Positions 19,013-26,772 of a stretch of 64,000 nt of DNA are shown piece by piece (within the stretch, counting starts at the first letter, position 1; each line of letters opens with the position of its first letter). The position numbers and the translations under genes are program-made. Location of the stretch: positions 1 through 64,000 of the forward strand of contig CAZNTG010000006.1 of NCBI GenBank assembly GCA_964575955.1. Reading direction: 5' to 3'. Source of the DNA: an uncultured Thermoproteaceae archaeon (GTDB lineage Archaea; Thermoproteota; Thermoprotei; Thermoproteales; Thermocladiaceae). Under the pieces are notes generated by a model, which did not search any database, was not told the origin of the DNA, and worked only from the letters and a program-made list of their open reading frames with translations.

Positions 19013-20902
19013 TTATTCAGGTAGTAATCCTTCTTCTTCTAATCTATCTGCTAGCCATTTAAGTCCAAGTTCTTCTAATTTTGCTCTTGTTGGTCTTCCA
19101 TCTTTCCATCCTCTAATTCTGTAGTATTCTTCCAACATCTCTTCTAGCTTAACTACATGTCCTTTAGCTGGTCCTTCAGGCATTGGTTCTTGTAGTAATC
19201 TTTTTGGTAGTGTGTCGTATTGTTTTCCATCTCCAAATGATAGTATGTTGAATACTCTCTCTGCATTGTATATTCTCTCACCAATTTTACAGAATTCTTC
19301 CTCAGTTATGTCCCATCCTGTCGCTGCTGAGAGTAGTGGTACATAGTCTTCTACCCATAGTGCAAATGTTGTGAATTTACATAGTACAAGACTGTCAACT
19401 ACTGCAAATACGTCTTGGAAGTGTTTAACCATCTCTGCCTTTCCTCTAGTATCAAATCTATCTACTGATCTTGGTATTCCAAGAACTTCTGGTGATATCA
19501 TGTATGCACGTAGATGACATCCACCTCTATTACTTGTAGCATATCCAAGTCCATGACCCTGTACACCACGTGGATCGTATGCTGGAAGCTCTTGACCTCT
19601 AACAACCATTGCAACGTCTGGATCGCCGAAAGTTTCTGCTAGCTTCTTAGCACCTTCAGCTAGGTAGTCTCCAATTCCTGATCTGTATGCTGTTCTCCAT
19701 ACTAGCTCAACAATAACTTCAGGATTACCCCACTCAACTTTTAAACCTCTAAGAAGTTCCTTTGGAACTTTACCACGTTCAACGAGTTCCATAAGTGTTC
19801 CAATTACATGACCCATAGATATTGTGTCTAGTCCAAGCTCATTGCATAGGTAGTTTGCTTTTGCTATAGCTGAGAAGTCACTAACACCACACTGTGGTCC
19901 AAATGCCCATATAGTTTCATATTCTGGACCACCACCTTCTCCTGTGAACTTTCCATCTTTAACTTCTGTATATCTAGCACATCCTATCGGACATCCCCAA
20001 CATATCTCTTTCTTCTGTTTTTCAGGTACTAGATACTTCTCTGCAAGTACTTCACCACTAATCTTATCAGCTTCAGGGAATATTCCTGTCTTGAAGTTTC
20101 TTGTTGGTAATATTCCTGCCTCATTTATTATCTTTACAAGTACTGCAGTTCCAAGTTTTGGTAATGCTTGTCCTGTGACCGAGTTAGTTTTCAACTTCTC
20201 CATAGCTCTTTTAGAAGCTTCTCTAAACTTATCTTCATTAGCAATTTTAGGTCTCTCTTTACCATAGACTGCTATAGCTTTCAACTTCTTACTACCCCAG
20301 ACAGCACCATGACCACCTCGTCCAGCAGCTCTATTATAGTCATTCATTATTGATGCAAATTTTACAAGTCTCTCACCTGCAGGTCCAATACATGCTACAG
20401 ATATCTTCTCAACCTCATCCTTACCGATCTCACTCTTCAACTCTTCCTTTATCATATCTGTTGTTGAATGTACATCAAGACCCCAAAGTTTTGATGCATC
20501 TCTAATCTCAATCTTACCATCATGAATCCACAACCATACAGGTCTTTCAGATATATCTTCAATAATTAACACATCAAAACCTGCAAATTTTAACATCGGT
20601 CCAAACTTACCACCACTATGACTATCATGTACTGTACCTGTTAATGGACTCCTAGTGATTGATACCCACCTACCACTAGATGGTGCACCTGTAAGTCCTG
20701 TTAATGGTCCTGTAGCAACTATAGCCTTGTTAGATGGACTAAATGGATCAACCTTAGGATTAACTTCTCTAAGCATTATGTATACTCCAAGACCACGACC
20801 ACCAATCCAAGATCTTAAGACACTTTCAGGAAGATTCTCATAATAGACCTTCTCATACCATAGGTTAATTCTAGCTATACGACCAACATACCCACCTGGC
20901 AT
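19013..20902 (-). CDS. aor: Tungsten-containing aldehyde:ferredoxin oxidoreductase
   Basis: IGPAGE, AAGRGGHGAVWGSKKLKA, CWGCPIGC, GPEYET, GLDTIS, RGGCHL. Confidence 0.95.
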   Translation of the reverse strand: MPGGYVGRIARINLWYEKVYYENLPESVLRSWIGGRGLGVYIMLREVNPKVDPFSPSNKAIVATGPLTGLTGAPSSGRWVSITRSPLTGTVHDSHSGGKFGPMLKFAGFDVLIIEDISERPVWLWIHDGKIEIRDASKLWGLDVHSTTDMIKEELKSEIGKDEVEKISVACIGPAGERLVKFASIMNDYNRAAGRGGHGAVWGSKKLKAIAVYGKERPKIANEDKFREASKRAMEKLKTNSVTGQALPKLGTAVLVKIINEAGILPTRNFKTGIFPEADKISGEVLAEKYLVPEKQKKEICWGCPIGCARYTEVKDGKFTGEGGGPEYETIWAFGPQCGVSDFSAIAKANYLCNELGLDTISMGHVIGTLMELVERGKVPKELLRGLKVEWGNPEVIVELVWRTAYRSGIGDYLAEGAKKLAETFGDPDVAMVVRGQELPAYDPRGVQGHGLGYATSNRGGCHLRAYMISPEVLGIPRSVDRFDTRGKAEMVKHFQDVFAVVDSLVLCKFTTFALWVEDYVPLLSAATGWDITEEEFCKIGERIYNAERVFNILSFGDGKQYDTLPKRLLQEPMPEGPAKGHVVKLEEMLEEYYRIRGWKDGRPTRAKLEELGLKWLADRLEEEGLLPE

Positions 20903-20996
20903 ATCGATAGTGATGTTTTTAAGTAAATTAAAACAGTTACCTGAGTTCTATTATGTAGAATTAGTTTTATACATCTAGAAATTTCAAGATTTCACA

Positions 20997-21863
20997 ATGT
21001 CTACAATATTGAATAGAGTTTGGATTAGTGATACAGCATTGAAGAGATGGATTAGAGAGTATGTTGGTCTTTTTGATATAACATCACTACTACTAGACAT
21101 ATATTCTATAAATGGTGAAGCAATGTTGATAGTTGAGGAGGAGTGTGTAATATCGTGTATTGAGGAGGCTGCTAGAGTCTGTAAGCTTGCTGGAGTTAGT
21201 AAGATTGAAATATTTAAAAATAGTGGGAATATTGCAAAACCTGGAGATGTAATTTTGAAAGTTGTTGGTGATGGATATTCAATACACTCATCGTGGAGAA
21301 TAGTTCAAAATTTAGTAACAATATTCTCAGGAATAGCTACAAAAATTAGAAATCTTGTAAATATTGTAAAGACCTATGATCCAAATATAGTACTTGCAGT
21401 AGCTAGAAGAGGACCACCAGGACTTAGAAATCTACTACTAAAATCAACAATAGCTGGTGGAGCAATACCATACAGATTAACACTTCAAGATTCTATAATA
21501 ATACTTAGAAATCATATACAACTACTAGGAGGGTTTGAACAAATACAGAAATATGTAAATAAGATAAAGAGACAATACCCATTCAAACTAGTATGTATAG
21601 AAGTTACAAATATTGAAGAAGCACTGCAGGCAGCTAAGATTGGTATAGACATGATACAGATAACAGACACATCTCCAGAAGAAGCACACTACATAATTAG
21701 TGAAGTTAGAAGAGAATATCCAAACATAATAATAGCAATATATGGAGATATAGATGAAAACAACATAATACAATACATAAAATCAAGACCAAACATAATA
21801 ATAACAACAACACCATACAACGCAAAACCAATAAAGACAAAAACAGAAATAAGAAAAATATAA
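20997..21863 (+). CDS. ModD / quinolinate phosphoribosyltransferase-like protein (divergent)
   Basis: DITS..L, SGIAT, PGLR...GG...RLTLQDSIIILRNH, IEV; several canonical residues replaced. Confidence 0.75.
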   Translation: MSTILNRVWISDTALKRWIREYVGLFDITSLLLDIYSINGEAMLIVEEECVISCIEEAARVCKLAGVSKIEIFKNSGNIAKPGDVILKVVGDGYSIHSSWRIVQNLVTIFSGIATKIRNLVNIVKTYDPNIVLAVARRGPPGLRNLLLKSTIAGGAIPYRLTLQDSIIILRNHIQLLGGFEQIQKYVNKIKRQYPFKLVCIEVTNIEEALQAAKIGIDMIQITDTSPEEAHYIISEVRREYPNIIIAIYGDIDENNIIQYIKSRPNIIITTTPYNAKPIKTKTEIRKI

Positions 21864-21865
21864 GA

Positions 21866-21942
21866 GGGCCCGTAGCTCAGTCAGGAAGAGCGCCGGCCTT
21901 CGGAGCCGGAGGTCCCGGGTTCAAATCCCGGCGGGCCCGCCA
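21866..21942 (+). tRNA. tRNA-Arg(TCG), intron-less, CCA encoded
   Basis: gggcccg acceptor, ccggc-cttcgga-gccgg anticodon arm, ttcaaat T loop, gcca end. Confidence 0.96.
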
Positions 21943-21985
21943 CATAAATAACTCTGTAAAAGGATATTACTCTGGTAGTAGGGGT

Positions 21986-22465
21986 ATGGTTGTTGCTGTC
22001 ATGTTGCCTCGTGGTGTTGTTGAGCATGCTAGGAGAGAGGCTGAGAAGCTAGGTCTTAGTCTAGAGGAGTATATTATTGAGCTTATTGTGCAAGGTCTTG
22101 ACCCTAAGGATAGAGCTAGAGAATATGTTGAGGCTGCTAAGGAGTTGTTAGAGGAAGCTAGAGGAGAGTTAGAGAAGGGTGATGTTAGACAAGCTGCTGA
22201 AAAAGTCTGGGGAACAGCTGCTTTGAGCATCAAGGCGTATGCATCTTGGAGAGAAGGTAGACGATTAACAAGCCATAAAGAACTTTGGGACTATTCGAAG
22301 AAGCTAATGGAAGAACTAGGAGAGTGGGTATATGATGCTTGGATGGCTGCCAATGGTATGCATACATGTTTCTACGAAGGTTGGTGTACAGATAGACATG
22401 TAGAGGAAGCTATCAAGAGAGTAGAAAGATTGGTAAAAGAGATAGAGAGAAGGATTAGTAAATGA
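21986..22465 (+). CDS. PaREP1 family protein (HEPN-like) with N-terminal RHH-like segment
   Basis: GDVRQAAEKVWGTAA...SH..LW...MHTCFYE. Confidence 0.9.
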   Translation: MVVAVMLPRGVVEHARREAEKLGLSLEEYIIELIVQGLDPKDRAREYVEAAKELLEEARGELEKGDVRQAAEKVWGTAALSIKAYASWREGRRLTSHKELWDYSKKLMEELGEWVYDAWMAANGMHTCFYEGWCTDRHVEEAIKRVERLVKEIERRISK

Positions 22466-22593
22466 TTAAGCTCGACGAGTCAACTTATACATCGTTTAGT
22501 CATAAGCAATAGTCGTGTCTGTCAAGAAGGGCTTTATAGGGGAATGTATTAAAGTAATTTTAGGATATTGTAGTCAAGTCTAGGGATTTATGT

Positions 22594-23274
22594 ATGGTAT
22601 ATGGAGATGGTGTAGGGAGGAGTCTACCCTTTAACAAATATTTAGCTACTCTATACACCTTAATTACCTATATATCATGGCAACTTCATGAATTAGGACA
22701 TTGGGCTGCATGTAAGATTTTAGGTATTGATGCTATCTTTGGATTTAATGTGTGGAAAATTTTGAATAATCATAACTTCTCTATGTTAGCTATTATTGCT
22801 GGTCCTTTAACTAATCTGATACTTGCCGTTATTGGTTTAGTATTGTTATACTTTGTAGGTTCTCTACTTATAGCTCGTATTGGACTATTCTTACTAATCT
22901 CTAACTCACTTATTGATATAGGCTCTGCTTTAATAAGTGTTAAACATGTAGTTGCTTACCATAGTTTATGTTCAGAACCTACATGGAAGCTCATACTTTC
23001 TCCAATATTTCTCATATTGCTATATATGGGAGTTAGGATGTATAGAGAAAAGTTAAGCTTAAGAATATTGTTTATAATGGCTATATTGACAGCTATTTTA
23101 GGCATTGTTGCAATACCTATAGACACTATCACATGGTCATGCATAGAGCGTGGAGTATTGATATGTAGTCCAATAGCAGGTATTTCAACAATAGTAATAA
23201 TTGTGAACATTGTAGTAACTATCTTAACCATAATATACATACTCGTGTGTAGATGGAGGCTGTGTGAGATGTAG
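22594..23274 (+). CDS. Multi-pass membrane protein, M50/S2P-like metalloprotease candidate
   Basis: HELGH motif, AGPLTN, several TM helices. Confidence 0.65.
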   Translation: MVYGDGVGRSLPFNKYLATLYTLITYISWQLHELGHWAACKILGIDAIFGFNVWKILNNHNFSMLAIIAGPLTNLILAVIGLVLLYFVGSLLIARIGLFLLISNSLIDIGSALISVKHVVAYHSLCSEPTWKLILSPIFLILLYMGVRMYREKLSLRILFIMAILTAILGIVAIPIDTITWSCIERGVLICSPIAGISTIVIIVNIVVTILTIIYILVCRWRLCEM

Positions 23275-23374
23275 TTAAAGCAAAGTATTTACAGATCGTG
23301 ATCTATCTATAGATGGTTCTTAACAGTATTTCAGTACCGTTTATTAATCTGTACACGATTTCTCTAATGTAGTA

Positions 23375-24001
23375 GTGGTAATGGTTGAGTGTTTTGTAGT
23401 TGACTTATTTGGAGATCTATGTTCTAGTTGTGATAAGTCTACACTATGCACTATCTTTAACGCTATTGAAGATGTTGTATGTAGGACATATATGAGATTT
23501 CTACTAAGTGTTGGTAATCCATATGTCGCATCTGTATACACTCTCTTTCTAGTATTTACACCAAGCATACTTCTAGATGCTGCATCTCTAGCATTAACTA
23601 TAAGAGATTTTGACTCATCATGGTTTGAAGCTTTCATAGTGATATCAGGTGCATACATGTTCCATACATTATCTAAGAAGTGTGAAATTCTTGAAAGACC
23701 ATCAAAACAATGTTCAAAAATTAGATATAGCACATACATAAAATTGAAAGAGTATTATAGAGAGAAGATTATGAAAATGGTATTAGAAGATATTAAAAAT
23801 GTAGACATTGTAAAAATGTTAGAAACTAAAAATCCAATAATAACACCACTAACAATAATAACAACAATAATAATAACATACATATGCAACATAGATCAAA
23901 AAGACCCAATACAACACATAATAGACACATTGAGGTACTCCATAAATGAAGAAACACTAAAAACAATATCAGAATACAACACACAGACAATAACAACATA
24001 G
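23375..24001 (+). CDS. Hypothetical protein
   Basis: 208-aa ORF; no recognised motif; strong composition gradient. Confidence 0.55.
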   Translation: MVMVECFVVDLFGDLCSSCDKSTLCTIFNAIEDVVCRTYMRFLLSVGNPYVASVYTLFLVFTPSILLDAASLALTIRDFDSSWFEAFIVISGAYMFHTLSKKCEILERPSKQCSKIRYSTYIKLKEYYREKIMKMVLEDIKNVDIVKMLETKNPIITPLTIITTIIITYICNIDQKDPIQHIIDTLRYSINEETLKTISEYNTQTITT

Positions 24002-24051
24002 ATGAAGAATAGGAACCGCCCCTGAACAATGATGAAGCCTCGCAAAACAGA
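23999..24051 (+). ncRNA. Possible C/D box sRNA with degenerate boxes
   Basis: tagatga-agaataggaaccgccc-CTGA-aca-ATGATGA-agcctcgcaaaa-CAGA; targets not recognised. Confidence 0.45.
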
Positions 24052-24061
24052 TAAACACAAA

Positions 24062-24386
24062 CGGGGCCCAACCCCCCTCTGTCTGGTGTGTGGGTGTGTA
24101 AGACCCACACACCCGGACCTCTGGCCAGTGGCCCTCCGAACGCACCCGCCCGGGCTTAGGGCTGCTCCCTTCCGGACCTAACCCGGTTCACCCGGTACCT
24201 CGGTCCCAGCCCAGCCTTCCGGCGGGCGGGCCGAGGCACGGGTGCCCCGGAGGACTGGCCTTCATCGCGGGTGTGTGGGTCTTACACACCCACACACCAG
24301 ACAGAGGGGGTTTCGGCTCCCGCCTTTCGGCGGCCCCACGGGGTTTTCATTCCCGTGGGGGGCCTTCTTGGCCGAGCCTGGCCCCT
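24062..24386 (-). ncRNA. ffs: Archaeal SRP RNA (7S)
   Basis: Minus strand has helix 8 ccgggttaggtccGGAAgggAGCAGccctaagcccgg, helix 6 with GGAA loop, helix 1 ggggcc/ggcccc and a K-turn (cGATGAaggccag/ctggccaGAgg); TATA-like tatttaaa about 25 bp upstream. Confidence 0.95.
24073..24310. repeat. Perfect 43-bp inverted repeat (24073-24115 / 24268-24310); each arm contains its own 11-bp hairpin
   Basis: ccccctctgtctggtgtgtgggtgtgtaagacccacacacccg and its exact reverse complement. Confidence 0.95.
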
Positions 24387-24439
24387 GTCTTTAATCTTGG
24401 GAAGACCACTTTTAAATATAGCTTCATGTTAGTAGTTTT

Positions 24440-25012
24440 GTGTGCGTTGAAGATGTTGTTAGTGAATTTTCAAAATCGAGAGATAGACTTGATAAACTTG
24501 GTGTCTTTTATGGTGCTCTAGTTCTATATGTCGTATTTAGAAGAGGTGAAAATATTGTTGCTGGTCCTCTACACATGGCTTCTATAATGGTCTTAGACTT
24601 ATTTAAAGATGTGTTAACATATGATGAACTTGAAAGTTTTAGATGTGGAATTGTTAAATGTGCAATAGTACTACTAAAATGTCCAGCATTTCATAATAGA
24701 CATACTAGAGTTCTAGTATTAAAACAATGTGTAAAACAACTACTAGATCCTGGAGTAAGAATGTACATAAATATCCTATATGAAAAGATTGGAAATAATG
24801 TACAAAAAATAAAGACTTTAGCAAAAAATGCAAAATCAATAGACAGAGAAAACCTAGTTGGAGAAATAGAGACAAACATACTAGACAAACTAGAAATAAC
24901 TATAGATGAAGCATTAAGAACATATGGACTACTACTACAAGGATCAAGAATATACATACCATCACCATCAAAAATAATGAAAGAAATGGAACGTATATTT
25001 AATAACCACTGA
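24440..25012 (+). CDS. Hypothetical protein
   Basis: 190-aa ORF divergent from SRP RNA; no recognised motif. Confidence 0.55.
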   Translation: MCVEDVVSEFSKSRDRLDKLGVFYGALVLYVVFRRGENIVAGPLHMASIMVLDLFKDVLTYDELESFRCGIVKCAIVLLKCPAFHNRHTRVLVLKQCVKQLLDPGVRMYINILYEKIGNNVQKIKTLAKNAKSIDRENLVGEIETNILDKLEITIDEALRTYGLLLQGSRIYIPSPSKIMKEMERIFNNH

Positions 25013-25037
25013 GAGAATACACGATCATATATGCACC

Positions 25038-25484
25038 TTACGGTACTACGAATGTCCCTGTTGTTATAGTACCAACATTCTTAGTGACTACTCTAGCGTA
25101 GTATGTACCTGTTGACAGTGCTACTGAGCAATTTATTGAGTATATCAGATCACTTATATGAGTTACATAACATGATGCACTTGAGGCAGTAGCTGCTGGA
25201 GTACCATTATTAGCATAGTAGACGATCATTGATTCAACGTCTGATGGAGTAATCGCTACCGGACTTTTTACAAGCACTGTTACGTTGTTTGCAGATGTGT
25301 CATAAAAAGCTGCTAATACTTGTGCTTGTGCTTGTACTGGCGTTGATGCTTGGCTGCTTGCTGTTAGTCTGCTTACCCATAGGTATAGTAGTACTCCTGC
25401 TACTATTGCAATTGCTATGAGTAGTATTGCTGCTACTATTGGCTCTATACCTCTCTTTTTCAATCTTGTGCTACCCAACTTCAT
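25038..25484 (-). CDS. Archaeal type IV pilin
   Basis: KKRG/IEPIVAAILLIAIAIVAGVLLYLW class III signal peptide; Ser/Thr-rich body with NxT/S sites. Confidence 0.9.
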   Translation of the reverse strand: MKLGSTRLKKRGIEPIVAAILLIAIAIVAGVLLYLWVSRLTASSQASTPVQAQAQVLAAFYDTSANNVTVLVKSPVAITPSDVESMIVYYANNGTPAATASSASCYVTHISDLIYSINCSVALSTGTYYARVVTKNVGTITTGTFVVP

Positions 25485-25634
25485 ACGTGTAGATTTCCTG
25501 AGGACTCATTTATAAGCGTTTTCTGAAGATTTTGTATCTTTCATTACATGTTTAACATCTATCTATATAGTCGTTTAACTATAGAAGTATCTCGTAGTAT
25601 TATTTTATAACTTTGTATGTGGTGGAGTAGTTAT

Positions 25635-26633
25635 ATGGCTATCATAGTTTTGAAAGACTTTGAATCTTCCAAAGAGGTCGAGAGTAAGCTATATGAGTTG
25701 GGTGTTGAGTTTAGGAGGTTAACATTCTGTAATAAGCATGTTATAGTTGCATGGCCTGATAGTAAGTTGAAGGGTGTTGATTTTGGAGATATTGTTCAAG
25801 CTGTGGTCTTCACAAAGACTCCATATATGCTAGCTTCTAAAGATTTTATTGAGAGATTAGAGTTTAAGTTTGGTAGTGTTCAGGTTGGTTCTAGAGATAT
25901 TTTAATAATTGCTGGTCCATGTGCTGTTGAGAGTGAAGATCTTGTTCTAAATACTGCTATAGCTGTTAAGAAGGCTGGTGCACATGCACTTCGTGGTGGT
26001 GCTTTTAAACCTAGAACATCACCATACACATTTCAAGGTCTTGGTGAAGAAGGGTTGAAAATTTTGAAAAAGGCTAGTGAAGTTACAGGACTTCCCATAG
26101 TTACTGAAGTCATGGATACTAGACATGTAGAGTTGGTATCTAGATATGCTGATGGTCTTCAAGTTGGAGCACGTAATTGTCAAAACTTCTTCCTATTGAA
26201 GGAAGTTGGTAAGTCTAGAAAACCAACATTCTTAAAGAGAGGATTTGGAGTTCTAATAGATGAGTGGATACTATGTGCTGAATATATAATGCTTGAAGGC
26301 AACGATAAGGTAGTACTAATTGAAAGAGGTATTAGAACATTTGAAAGATCTACAAGATTCACATTAGACATATCTGCAATACCTGTAGTTAAGTCAAAGT
26401 CGAACCTACCCATAATAGTAGATCCAAGCCATCCTGCAGGTAGAAGAGATCTTGTAGAAGCACTAGCACTTGCAGGTATTGCAGCAGGTGCTGATGGATT
26501 AATAGTTGAAGTACATGTAGAACCAGATAAGGCACTATGTGATGCAGAACAACAACTAACACCAGAACAATTCTCAAGATTAATGGATAAAATTAGAGGA
26601 ATTGCAGAAGTATTAGGAAGAAGAGTACCATAA
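25635..26633 (+). CDS. aroF: DAHP synthase (type I-beta)
   Basis: IAGPCAVES, GGAFKPRTSPYTFQG, QVGARN, ERGIRTFE, DPSH. Confidence 0.95.
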   Translation: MAIIVLKDFESSKEVESKLYELGVEFRRLTFCNKHVIVAWPDSKLKGVDFGDIVQAVVFTKTPYMLASKDFIERLEFKFGSVQVGSRDILIIAGPCAVESEDLVLNTAIAVKKAGAHALRGGAFKPRTSPYTFQGLGEEGLKILKKASEVTGLPIVTEVMDTRHVELVSRYADGLQVGARNCQNFFLLKEVGKSRKPTFLKRGFGVLIDEWILCAEYIMLEGNDKVVLIERGIRTFERSTRFTLDISAIPVVKSKSNLPIIVDPSHPAGRRDLVEALALAGIAAGADGLIVEVHVEPDKALCDAEQQLTPEQFSRLMDKIRGIAEVLGRRVP

Positions 26634-26694
26634 TGTAGATTGAATGAAGAAAATCTTAAAAACCCAAATATAGAAGGTAGTCAAGAAGGAATTA

Positions 26695-26772
26695 GGGGCC
26701 GTAGCTCAGCTTGGTTGGAGCGCCCGGCTGATAACCGGGAGGTCCCGGGTTCAAATCCCGGCGGCCCCACCA
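26695..26772 (+). tRNA. tRNA-Ile(GAT), intron-less, CCA encoded
   Basis: ggggccg/cggcccc acceptor, cccgg-ctgataa-ccggg anticodon arm, acca end. Confidence 0.96.

Noticed and set aside
24062-24386. Permuted SRP RNA as in Thermoproteus
   Set aside because: Domains are in normal order with a terminal helix 1; no bulge-helix-bulge junction seen
23826-24521. Two ORFs on opposite strands both starting MWVLHTHTPDRGG
   Set aside because: They are translations of the 43-bp inverted repeat inside SRP RNA, not duplicated genes
21908-26764. 27-bp identity (ggaggtcccgggttcaaatcccggcgg) between tRNA-Arg and tRNA-Ile as attL/attR of an integrated element
   Set aside because: Both are complete tRNAs with ordinary T-arm similarity; there is no integrase, and core genes (SRP RNA, aroF) lie between them
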